From a virus (Duplodnaviria > Caudoviricetes), in the IMG/VR virus record IMGVR_UViG_2639762957_000001, positions 23,646 to 87,645 of that record: a stretch of DNA of 64,000 nucleotides. One strand, given 5' to 3'. Position numbers and translations under genes: made by a program. Positions 1 through 7,920 of this stretch are shown here, one piece after another. Positions within the stretch are counted from its first letter, which is position 1. The number at the start of each line of letters is the position of its first letter. The notes under the pieces are model-generated. The model was not told where the DNA came from. It saw only the letters and a list, made by a program, of their open reading frames with translations, and made no database searches.

Positions 1-17
1 GTGAGGGGCTTCAAGCC

Positions 18-668
18 ATGCTGCATGAGGTTGAAGCCGGGAACGTGGCGACCGTCATAACAAAAGACCTTTCCCGTCTGGGACGCAATTATCTGAAAAC
101 CGGCGAACTGATAGAGATTGTTTTCCCCGAATATGAAGTGCGCTACATTGCCATTAACGACGGTGTAGACACAGCGAGGGAAGATAACGAGTTTACCCCT
201 CTGCGGAACTGGTTCAACGAGTTTTACGCCCGCGACACCTCAAAGAAAATCCGGGCTGTTAAACAGGCAAAGGCACAGAAAGGCGAGCGTGTCAACGGCG
301 AAGTGCCGTATGGTTACATAGCCGACCCAAACGACCGCAATCATCTATTGCCCGACCCGGAAACGGCGCACATTGTAAAACAGATTTTCGCTATGTATGT
401 GCGCGGCGACCGTATCTGCGAAATCCAGAACTGGCTACGGGAACATGAGGTACTTACTGTTTCAGAACTGCGCTACCGTCGTTCCGGCAGTTGCCGCCAC
501 CCGCGCCCGCACCCGACCTGTATTTATAACTGGCCGGATAAGACACTGTATGATATTCTTGGACGCAAAGAATATTTGGGGCATACCATTACGGGCAAGA
601 GCTATAAGGTATCTTACAAATCGGAGTTTGGAGGTGAGAATATGACAGCGCATATGAGATTAAGATAA
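18..668 (+). pseudogene. Large serine recombinase (TnpX/TndX-like), N-terminus outside the window, C-terminal part missing
   Basis: Resolvase motifs KDLSRLGRNY, 'FNEFYARDTSKKIR' and 'PYGY', then a recombinase domain. The ORF stops before any Zn-ribbon/coiled-coil region and reads into an unrelated leader-peptide sequence after ~620. Confidence 0.8.
642..668 (+). promoter_or_regulatory. Leader peptide MTAHMRLR (macrolide-arrest RLR motif) with following hairpin
   Basis: GGAGGTG SD at 630-636, ATG 642, TAA 666-668. Hairpin CACCGC(669-674)/GCGGTG(685-690). Resembles the ErmDL (MTHSMRLR) and msr/mef (MTASMRLR/K) leaders. Confidence 0.75.
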
Positions 669-745
669 CACCGCGGGTTATGTTGCGGTGAATCCGTATT
701 GCATAGCTCGCTTATTGGGCAAGTAATATAATAACGGAGGGAATA

Positions 746-1579
746 ATGAATAAAATACTTAGATTTAGTGACAGTGAAAAAGTTTTTCAATGTCCTATAT
801 GTAAAACAGATTTAAAATTGAAACAAAAAAGTTTATTTTGTTCTAATCATCATTGTTTCGATATTTCAAAAACGGGTTATGTGAACTTTGCTGTAGGAAC
901 AAAATCTTCAAAACATTATAGCAGAGAGACTTTTCAAATTAGGCGGGAGGTTTTAGAAAAAGGCTATTATTCACATATCCTGAATGAAGTGGTGCAGCTT
1001 ATAAAAAGCTTTAGCAGCATTGATACAATACTTGATATTGGCTGCGGTGAAGGATATTATTCAAAGCAGATAAAAGAAGTATCAGGTGATAAAGAAATTA
1101 TTGCATTTGATATTTCTAAAGATGCTGTTCAGCTTGCAGCAAAAAGTGATTTCAGTAATTCTATCAAATGGTTTGTGGGAAATTTGGAAGAAATGCCCAT
1201 AAAAGACAAAAGGATAGATTGCATATTAGATATTTTTACTCCTGCTAACTATTCCGAATTTAACAGAGTTTTGAAAGAAGGCGGTTATGTAATTAAGGTA
1301 ATTCCGGGAAATGCTCATCTTAAGGAGCTTCGAGAGACGGCAAAAGAACAATTGAAAAGCAATCAATATTCTAATGCGGCTGTCGTAGATTATTTCCAAA
1401 AGAAGTATTCCGTTGTTTATCACAAGAAAGTTTCAGCAACGTATACAATGACATCCGAGGAAATAAAAACCTTTGCGGATATGACTCCACTACTGTTTTG
1501 TGTAAATAAAGATGGAATAGATTTAAAAAAAACAAAAGAAATCACTATTGATGCAGAGATATTTGCAGGGAAATTATAA
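746..1579 (+). CDS. rlmA: 23S rRNA m1G745/G748 methyltransferase, RlmA(II)/TlrB/MyrA-like
   Basis: N-terminal Zn finger CPIC...CSNHHCFD..K.GYVN, SAM motif LDIGCGEGYY, 'IFTPANYSEF.RVLK.GG', 'VIPG..HL.ELR', 'MTPL'; GGAGG RBS. Confidence 0.8.
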   Translation: MNKILRFSDSEKVFQCPICKTDLKLKQKSLFCSNHHCFDISKTGYVNFAVGTKSSKHYSRETFQIRREVLEKGYYSHILNEVVQLIKSFSSIDTILDIGCGEGYYSKQIKEVSGDKEIIAFDISKDAVQLAAKSDFSNSIKWFVGNLEEMPIKDKRIDCILDIFTPANYSEFNRVLKEGGYVIKVIPGNAHLKELRETAKEQLKSNQYSNAAVVDYFQKKYSVVYHKKVSATYTMTSEEIKTFADMTPLLFCVNKDGIDLKKTKEITIDAEIFAGKL

Positions 1580-1583
1580 ATTC

Positions 1584-1676
1584 AATTTCAAGGTGGCACT
1601 TAAAAATATTGGCGACAAAACTACCAAACCTGCGCGAAATGAACCTGAACTTAATCTTTTCAATCCAAAAGATAAT
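1584..1676 (+). repeat. 93-bp exact copy of an internal blaACI segment (2298-2390)
   Basis: AATTTCAAGGTGGC...CCAAAAGATAAT is identical at 1584-1676 and 2298-2390. Confidence 0.95.
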
Positions 1677-1778
1677 ATCGATTCGTTTTTTATGCCTGAT
1701 TTTTTTAGTTTTGTGTCCAATTTTTGTTGACAAGTGCAAGTGACTGCATCTTTGATTGTATGAAGTGATGTATTAGTA

Positions 1779-1880
1779 ATGGCAATAAGAGTGCTAATTG
1801 CTGATGATCACGCTCTATTGAGCCAATACGACCCGTTGAATTTGGCGGGTCGTTCAACAGATAGTAGGAGGTTATTATGA
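1779..1880 (+). pseudogene. 33-codon uORF beginning with a response-regulator receiver N-terminus (MAIRVLIADDHALL), stop overlapping the bla start (ATGA)
   Basis: Translated by hand. 'IRVLIADDH' is the typical NarL/DegU receiver start. TGA 1878-1880 overlaps ATG 1877-1879. Confidence 0.6.
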
Positions 1881-2732
1881 AGAAATTTTGTTTTTTGTTT
1901 TTGATAATCTGTGGCTTGATGGTTTTCTGCCTTCAGGATTGTCAAGCGCGGCAGAAATTAAATCTTGCTGATCTGGAAAATAAATATAACGCCGTGATTG
2001 GTGTTTACGCCGTTGACATGGAGAATGGAAAAAAAATTTAGCTACAAACCTGATACGCGTTTTTCCTACTGCTCGACACACAAAGTTTTTACGGCTGCAG
2101 AATTGCTAAGACAAAAAAATACCTCCGATTTGAATGAAATTCGTAAGTTTTCGGCGGAAGATATTTTGTCCTACGCGCCAATCACCAAAGACCATGTTGC
2201 TGATGGCATGACGCTGGCGGAAATTTGTTCGGCATCGCTCAGGTGGAGTGACAACACGGCGGCAAATTTAATTTTGCAGGAGATCGGCGGCGTGGAAAAT
2301 TTCAAGGTGGCACTTAAAAATATTGGCGACAAAACTACCAAACCTGCGCGAAATGAACCTGAACTTAATCTTTTCAATCCAAAAGATAATCGTGATACTA
2401 GCACGCCGAGACAGATGGTAAAAAATTTGCAAGTCTATATATTCGGCGATATTTTGAGCGACGACAAGAAAAAACTGCTGATTGATTGGATGAGCGACAA
2501 TTCCATAACCGACACGCTTATCAAGGCAGAAACTCCGCAAGGTTGGAAAGTTATCGACAAGAGCGGTTCAGGCGATTATGGGGCGCGGAATGATATTGCC
2601 GTGATTTATCCGCCCAATCGCAAACCCATTGTCATGGCGATAATGTCGCGCCGCACGGAAAAAAATGCAAAATCTGACGACGCTATGATTGCGGAGGCGG
2701 CAAAACGAATTTTTGATAATTTAGTATTTTAA
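1877..2732 (+). pseudogene. blaACI: ACI-family class A beta-lactamase with a +1 frameshift near 2029-2041
   Basis: ATG 1877 gives signal peptide MKKFCFLFLIICGLMVFCLQDCQA and stops at TAG 2039-2041. The downstream frame carries the STHK (SxxK), SDN, E166 (NEPELN) and KSG motifs. The span is 856 nt, one more than a multiple of 3. Confidence 0.9.
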
Positions 2733-2875
2733 AGGGGCTTGATAGCATCGGTATTGCCGATGGGCAGAGAGGGCCATCACGCAAAAATATTTCGCCAAAC
2801 ATTTATATCTCACTCAAACTTCGCACACCTGAAACCCTTACTATTATATCATATTCCGATTTTCTTCATCAAAAA

Positions 2876-2918
2876 TACGGCAGAGAATCCTGCGTTTCCT
2901 CTTGGATTCTCTGCCGTA
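2876..2918. terminator. Inverted-repeat terminator between bla and the convergent remnant
   Basis: TACGGCAGAGAATCC / GGATTCTCTGCCGTA arms with A-run before and T-run after. Confidence 0.7.
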
Positions 2919-2933
2919 ATCCTTTTTTCCTGC

Positions 2934-3797
2934 TTATGCTCTGATTTCCGTCCCGTCCTTGAAGGTCACCCGGATATCGTCTTTGCTGTACACTGTGATG
3001 AAATCCACCAGGCTGCCCCACAGCCGGGCATCGAACTCCTTAATGAGATCCTGATTCCTAAGCTCCTTGATGAAGCTGTCCATCTGACGGCTCCGGGCCT
3101 TGCGATACTGGATGGCTTCACAGGTCTTGTCGTACTGCGTCTTCGCTGCTTCATACCGACTGACCAGTTCGTTGTAGTTCCGGTCATAATCATCAAGCGG
3201 CTTATCCTGGTCTTTTAAAGTACCATAGGTTCTAAGGTATTCATGAAGTTCCGATGCATCTTTTAAAATCTGTTCTGTTGTCTTTTCAAAATCTGTTTCT
3301 TCTTCGAGAACGTATCGGGTATAGTATTCATGAATGTTTTGTGGCGAAAAAGAAACGAATGACTCTAAGTCTGGTAACATTTTATAGCTTTCCCGATCAT
3401 CAACCCACAAAGGAGTGATTTCATGATGCTTTTCATTTCCAGAAACACCAACAGCAAACACCTTCTTGAAGTTACTGCCCTGAGCAATACGTTTGGCATA
3501 GAAATAAGCCCCGTTGACAGCATAATCAGTAACGGCTTTTGTATCCATATCAATAATTCCGTTTTCTGTCAATTTAATCTGTTTGCTAGTATCGGCTTTA
3601 TCTTCGACGACTAAAACAAAATCATCAATAACAGCTACGTATTCAGGATACCCAGCATGTCCTGTACCTCTCTTAGATGCTGTTTTCAATGCCTCATCCA
3701 ACTCTTTTACAGTAGAACCTTGAGCATCATATTTTATTTCATTCTCTTTAAGCATTGATGCAACCCAGATATCCGTATTTACTTCTTTTTTACTCAT
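2934..3797 (-). pseudogene. Chimera: N-terminus of a BcgI-like type IIB/IIG restriction-modification protein fused to the C-terminus of a serine recombinase
   Basis: N-part 'TASKRGTG..GYPEY..VVEDK', 'YAVNGA..YA' is AT-rich and has no MTase motifs. After ...QDKPL (~3195) GC rises and the sequence ends 'LVDFITVYSKDDIRVTFKDGTEI', a typical large serine recombinase tail. Confidence 0.6.
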
Positions 3798-4099
3798 GCT
3801 TATTCCCCTCTCTATGCTTTTCAATATATTCAAGAGCAGCTAATCTTAAAAAGGCCGATAAAGATAATCCATAATTTCTGGCTTTTTCCATAAATAAATA
3901 TTTTTCGCCTTTCGACAAGCTGATAGAAATAGCAGTTCTTTTTTCTTCTTTTTCCATAATAGTCTCTCCGAATTTTTGTTCTATATAAATGTCATTTTAC
4001 CAAAAATTAGTTAATTCTTCAATAATTTTCTAGCAAAGGAAGGAATATCGTGATAACCAGCACTTTCATTTAGCAATCGCTAATTAGTTTTGTCAATGT

Positions 4100-4135
4100 A
4101 AAAAGCGCTGCTTCGATCGAGGCGGCGCTTTTTTA
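4100..4135. terminator. Bidirectional intrinsic terminator
   Basis: AAAAGCGCTGCTTC-GATC-GAGGCGGCGCTTTTTT hairpin. Confidence 0.75.
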
Positions 4136-4142
4136 CTGCTCT

Positions 4143-4640
4143 CTATTCAATCTTGAATTTTGAAATGCTGTGGATTCGTACCGGCTTCCGGTCATATTCT
4201 CCCAGCTCGACATTGCTGAAGGTGATGGTATGCGTTTCTTTCCGGCGTACATCGACCAGGTCCTGTACAAAGGTCCGCTGTCCGATACGCATGATATGGG
4301 TCACGAGCGGGCAGGCCGTGATGGTCAGGACGGCACGATACATGATGAATTGCCGTTCTCCCGGATCAAGCTGCATCGAGGAAATCTGGATATGGCCATG
4401 GAAGCCGGCTTTCTTGAGGAGACGGGGTACATTGGCCTTGATGGCGGCTACGAGGTCGCCCTGTTCATGGTTCAGGATGTCGCTATACCGGTCCGTATCG
4501 GAACGATAGAACCATTGATGATCCGCATAAATATAGGCATCTTTCCGGTCCGGATGTTTCTTCAGCCATTCCTGGCCTTTTTCAATCGTATAGACATTAT
4601 GCAGCCAGTTGCGGCCATTCGTTACCAGTACATGTTTCAT
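4143..4640 (-). CDS. Hypothetical protein
   Basis: ORF with AGGGAG RBS, co-oriented with the operon, ends at a terminator. Confidence 0.6.
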   Translation of the reverse strand: MKHVLVTNGRNWLHNVYTIEKGQEWLKKHPDRKDAYIYADHQWFYRSDTDRYSDILNHEQGDLVAAIKANVPRLLKKAGFHGHIQISSMQLDPGERQFIMYRAVLTITACPLVTHIMRIGQRTFVQDLVDVRRKETHTITFSNVELGEYDRKPVRIHSISKFKIE

Positions 4641-4792
4641 TTCCCATTCTCCCTTTCATTGATTCATCACATCGCTAAAATTCTATCAGTCTTTTCTCTT
4701 CCCGTCTATGGATAACCGCTCCGATTGTGCACAGTCTTGTGTAGTTCCCAGCAGAGGCAGGAACATCTCACATATAATCTCCTTTCTTATGC

Positions 4793-5305
4793 TCATCTCC
4801 ATATCACGACATATAGAATCATCATGGCCATACTGTAAAGGCAGACGCCGGTATGCTCCTTTGCGGAATTGACCCGGAAAAATCGTTTTCCCCATCGCTT
4901 CCCTCTCATTTTGTAGTTCGGTACGGTCCCACATAACGCGTCTTCGACGATATGGAATATCCCTCCGGCTGCAACCAAGGCTATGATGACGGCAATATTA
5001 GGAAGCAGCTGGGCTTTGAACGGATTGTATAACAGCGTCGATGTCAGATAATGAAGGTTCCAGGATATAGGCCGGCCATACATGACAGCTCCGGCCAGGA
5101 GCAGGACGACCAGCCAGGGAACGAACCAATGACTCCACTGCCGGTGCTGCCGCTTATATTCATAGTCCTTATTGAACTTCCACGGCGGCGTTTCCATCAG
5201 GTCAGGCAAGGTAGCCGCCGCAGCGGCTACGATACCATAGACCGGGTTCCCGGTGATGACCATGACTGTAAGGCCCGTAACAATCTTATGATTAATCCAT
5301 TTCAT
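4793..5305 (-). CDS. YdjM-like membrane-bound metal-dependent hydrolase
   Basis: H near the N-terminus, LPD, HRQWSHW and 'FHIVEDALC' motifs with TM segments. Confidence 0.75.
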   Translation of the reverse strand: MKWINHKIVTGLTVMVITGNPVYGIVAAAAATLPDLMETPPWKFNKDYEYKRQHRQWSHWFVPWLVVLLLAGAVMYGRPISWNLHYLTSTLLYNPFKAQLLPNIAVIIALVAAGGIFHIVEDALCGTVPNYKMRGKRWGKRFFRVNSAKEHTGVCLYSMAMMILYVVIWR

Positions 5306-5612
5306 CGGTATCCCCTTCTTGTACGACGTCCAGCAAAATCCGATGTACTTTTTTCGGATCGGTTGGGTCCGTATCGATCAGATACGGAACGACACAATCT
5401 TTCTGCCAGTCCGTGAAGAGATGAGTGCAGAGATGGCCATTGGCCAATTTGACAGCAGGGCTTCCGAATTCTGTCTTGACTGGTTCAGCCCCTTCCGGAA
5501 GCTGCACCGTAATCTCATCCCAGTTATACGGATGCGTCTTCAAAGGCTGCAAGAAAAACGCTTCCTTATATCCGTATACCTGGTAACATTTATAAATCTT
5601 CATCGTATTCAT
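5292..5612 (-). CDS. Hypothetical protein
   Basis: Overlapping operonic ORF. Confidence 0.55.
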   Translation of the reverse strand: MNTMKIYKCYQVYGYKEAFFLQPLKTHPYNWDEITVQLPEGAEPVKTEFGSPAVKLANGHLCTHLFTDWQKDCVVPYLIDTDPTDPKKVHRILLDVVQEGDTDEMD

Positions 5613-6054
5613 CTATATCTACCCTTTCTTCTTTATTTTGCTTATCCCAGGACTTCCGTTCCAGCCGGCAGGTCGCCTTTGGGTGTTCGTCCCGATGGTC
5701 GATCCACCAGGCAGCCTGAGTCTGCCCTGTATACCAGGCATAGAACTTTCGAGCCTTCTCTTGCACTTCTGGTGGAAGATTCGTAGCCAGGAAAATCTTT
5801 GCTTCTTCAATCCGTTTAGCGCGGATGACTACAGCCCAATCAATCTGTTTCTGACTGCCCGTAAGCGTCGGCAGGTTCAGACCTGCCATTTCCTTGATAG
5901 CTATTTCGGTTCTCTTTTTGTTTTCATTGGCTTGACAGTTCGGACACAGGCAGTTCGTTTCCATCCACTTGATTTTCCGGTCACGGTCTGCGCTTTTGCC
6001 GTAGATTTGAATAACCCCTGCGTGACCACACGCATAAACAATGTCATATTTCAT
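5590..6054 (-). CDS. Hypothetical Zn-finger protein (CGH...CPNC; 'LTGSQKQIDWA')
   Basis: GGAGG RBS and a motif common in phage/plasmid proteins. Confidence 0.65.
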   Translation of the reverse strand: MKYDIVYACGHAGVIQIYGKSADRDRKIKWMETNCLCPNCQANENKKRTEIAIKEMAGLNLPTLTGSQKQIDWAVVIRAKRIEEAKIFLATNLPPEVQEKARKFYAWYTGQTQAAWWIDHRDEHPKATCRLERKSWDKQNKEERVDIDEYDEDL

Positions 6055-6086
6055 AGTTTATCCCTCCTGTTATTACATTATGCAGG

Positions 6087-6136
6087 CTTAATAGTTCCTA
6101 ATAGTGTCTAATAGGTCTTAATAATGCTTAATAGTG
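6087..6136. repeat. Five 10-bp-period repeats (YYTAATAR core)
   Basis: cttaatagtt/cctaatagtg/tctaataggt/cttaataatg/cttaatagtg. Confidence 0.85.
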
Positions 6137-6502
6137 CTTATGATTTTCTCTATATCTTGTAGCCGCTTCTAATGCTTTGACGTGGACTTTAGTATAATCG
6201 TCGATGATATTTCTGGCATCTTCTAAGTCATCGTCTGTGAAATAATCACGGGGATCAAAACTGCCGGTCTTGTCTACACAGTAAAAAAACTTCAAAACGG
6301 TGGACATGACCTGGGCTGGATCTTTGACCATGGCTTCACTCTGTCCTAAAGCCGTCAGGGCCACTTTCCAGTTATCGTCCAGCTTATACCTCATTCGTTG
6401 ATGTTGCTTTACGTCATAGGCGTAGATGTAGCGGTTCCCGATATAGAAAGTGCGGTTATCTGTACACACATTGAGTAAAATCTTCCAAGGAGCTTTCATC
6501 AT
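6128..6502 (-). CDS. Hypothetical protein flanked by 10-bp repeat arrays
   Basis: ORF with GAGG RBS. Confidence 0.6.
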   Translation of the reverse strand: MMKAPWKILLNVCTDNRTFYIGNRYIYAYDVKQHQRMRYKLDDNWKVALTALGQSEAMVKDPAQVMSTVLKFFYCVDKTGSFDPRDYFTDDDLEDARNIIDDYTKVHVKALEAATRYRENHKHY

Positions 6503-6533
6503 TGCATACCTCTTCTCATAGAAATCTATAGGG

Positions 6534-6593
6534 TCTAATAGGTCTTAATAGGAACGAATAAGCCTTAATAAGTCCTATTAGACCCTATTAGTG
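6534..6593. repeat. Six 10-bp-period repeats (TAATAG/CTATTAG core)
   Basis: tctaataggt/cttaatagga/acgaataagc/cttaataagt/cctattagac/cctattagtg. Confidence 0.8.
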
Positions 6594-6601
6594 TCTTTTA
6601 A

Positions 6602-7000
6602 TCATTTTTTCAGTTCCCAAATTTGGGCGGCCTTTTTCCTGGCTTTAGCTTCTTCCCGGATAGTGGCTCGTTGAGTCTCTGTACAAGCGTACAGCGGGTC
6701 CTTGACATTCATGCGGTAACACCGCTGCGGAAGGCCAGTTCTACGGAGGCCTTTCCCTTCAAACGCAATGAAGTTCTGGAACGTTCCGTCTTCATAGTAG
6801 ACCCGGCGGTAGTGGTGGAGCTTCCCGTCCTGGGTACACACGAGTTCCCGGATTGGTTTTTCCGGTTCTGTGTCTTCAAAGAGCCAGTCTAGACCCTGTA
6901 AGAAATCTTGTTTCGTAACTCCTGTATAGGCAGTCCATTCTTCAAATAATGCACATCTCCCTCTGAGCACATACTTTTTCCATGTATCAACTTTTGCCAT
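6602..7000 (-). CDS. Hypothetical protein
   Basis: ORF with GGAGG RBS. Confidence 0.6.
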   Translation of the reverse strand: MAKVDTWKKYVLRGRCALFEEWTAYTGVTKQDFLQGLDWLFEDTEPEKPIRELVCTQDGKLHHYRRVYYEDGTFQNFIAFEGKGLRRTGLPQRCYRMNVKDPLYACTETQRATIREEAKARKKAAQIWELKK

Positions 7001-7023
7001 CCTCCCATTCTCCTTTCTTTATT

Positions 7024-7719
7024 TTACTTAGCCTTGTTGGCTGCTACTGGCGGCCAGACACGGATTGTATCCGGCACTTCGGCCTGCTTCGGCTGCTTTT
7101 TGGATTTCGCCGACTGTATCTGTGTATTCACAGTCCGAGGAGCTTCAGCAGCTTCGCTTCCAGTATCATACGTTTCATCAGCGTCGTAATCAGCATAGCT
7201 GCCGTCGCCGAACTTGTCCCAGATGTCCTGGCGTATCCCTTCGACGGTGTCGACGTAGTTGATGGTTTCCTCATAGTTCGGGATACCGCCGGCTTCATCG
7301 ACGGCACCAGGGCCTGCATTGTAGGCGGCTTCTGCGTAGATATAGGGGTCATCCCAGTCCCGGTAGCGCGACAACATCTGTCCCAGATAAGCGACGCCGC
7401 CATAGATGTTATCCTCCTCGTTGTACGGATTGACACCAAGACTGGCTGCCGTGTCCGGCATGAGCTGGGCAATGCCGATAGCTCCGGCACCGGATACAGC
7501 AGAGTTGTCGAAATGGCTTTCTGCTGTAAAAACGGCCGCTGCCAGGATGGGGTCGACGTCGTACTCATAGGAAGCATCACAGATGTCCTGGGCAATGATG
7601 CCGGCTTCCGGTTCGCTGACATACTGACTGACCTGCTCATAGACCATTTCATCAGGCGAAGCCGCCTGTACGGTCGTTGTGGCTATAGCCAGCATCAGCA
7701 ATATTCCTCGTTTCAACAA
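7024..7719 (-). CDS. Secreted lytic transglycosylase (SLT, VirB1-like)
   Basis: Signal peptide; AES catalytic motif, GAIGIAQLMP.TA, AAYNAGPG, ETINYV. Confidence 0.9.
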   Translation of the reverse strand: MLKRGILLMLAIATTTVQAASPDEMVYEQVSQYVSEPEAGIIAQDICDASYEYDVDPILAAAVFTAESHFDNSAVSGAGAIGIAQLMPDTAASLGVNPYNEEDNIYGGVAYLGQMLSRYRDWDDPYIYAEAAYNAGPGAVDEAGGIPNYEETINYVDTVEGIRQDIWDKFGDGSYADYDADETYDTGSEAAEAPRTVNTQIQSAKSKKQPKQAEVPDTIRVWPPVAANKAK

Positions 7720-7769
7720 AGTATCATCTTCCTTTACATGAATCTATGGGGTCTTTCCTGTTTCCCCCT

Positions 7770-7890
7770 GCGCTTTCCGCTGCGTATAAAAAAGCATAGT
7801 GCCGGCCGCGGGCAAGGGCCAGCCGCAGGCGCAGCACTGTTTACCCTTGCCCGCGGCCGGCACTATGCTAAACTAACAAGGCGGAAGCGC
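7770..7890. promoter_or_regulatory. Long hairpin, Frpo/ssi-like single-strand promoter candidate
   Basis: Perfect 26-bp inverted repeat 7793-7818/7844-7869, outer stem 7770-7780/7881-7890. TTGCCC-16-TAAACT (with TG extension) on the right arm, with -10 in a mismatch bubble. Confidence 0.6.
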
Positions 7891-7920
7891 CTCGTTTTTC
7901 TTGCTTTTTATTAAGGCTTT

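Noticed and set aside
1548-1730. 60-aa ORF resembling a beta-lactamase
   Set aside because: It is only the 93-bp duplicated bla fragment read in frame, not a gene.
1998-2732. 244-aa ORF as an intact beta-lactamase
   Set aside because: It lacks an RBS and signal peptide; the real start is 1877 in another frame, so this is the post-frameshift part.
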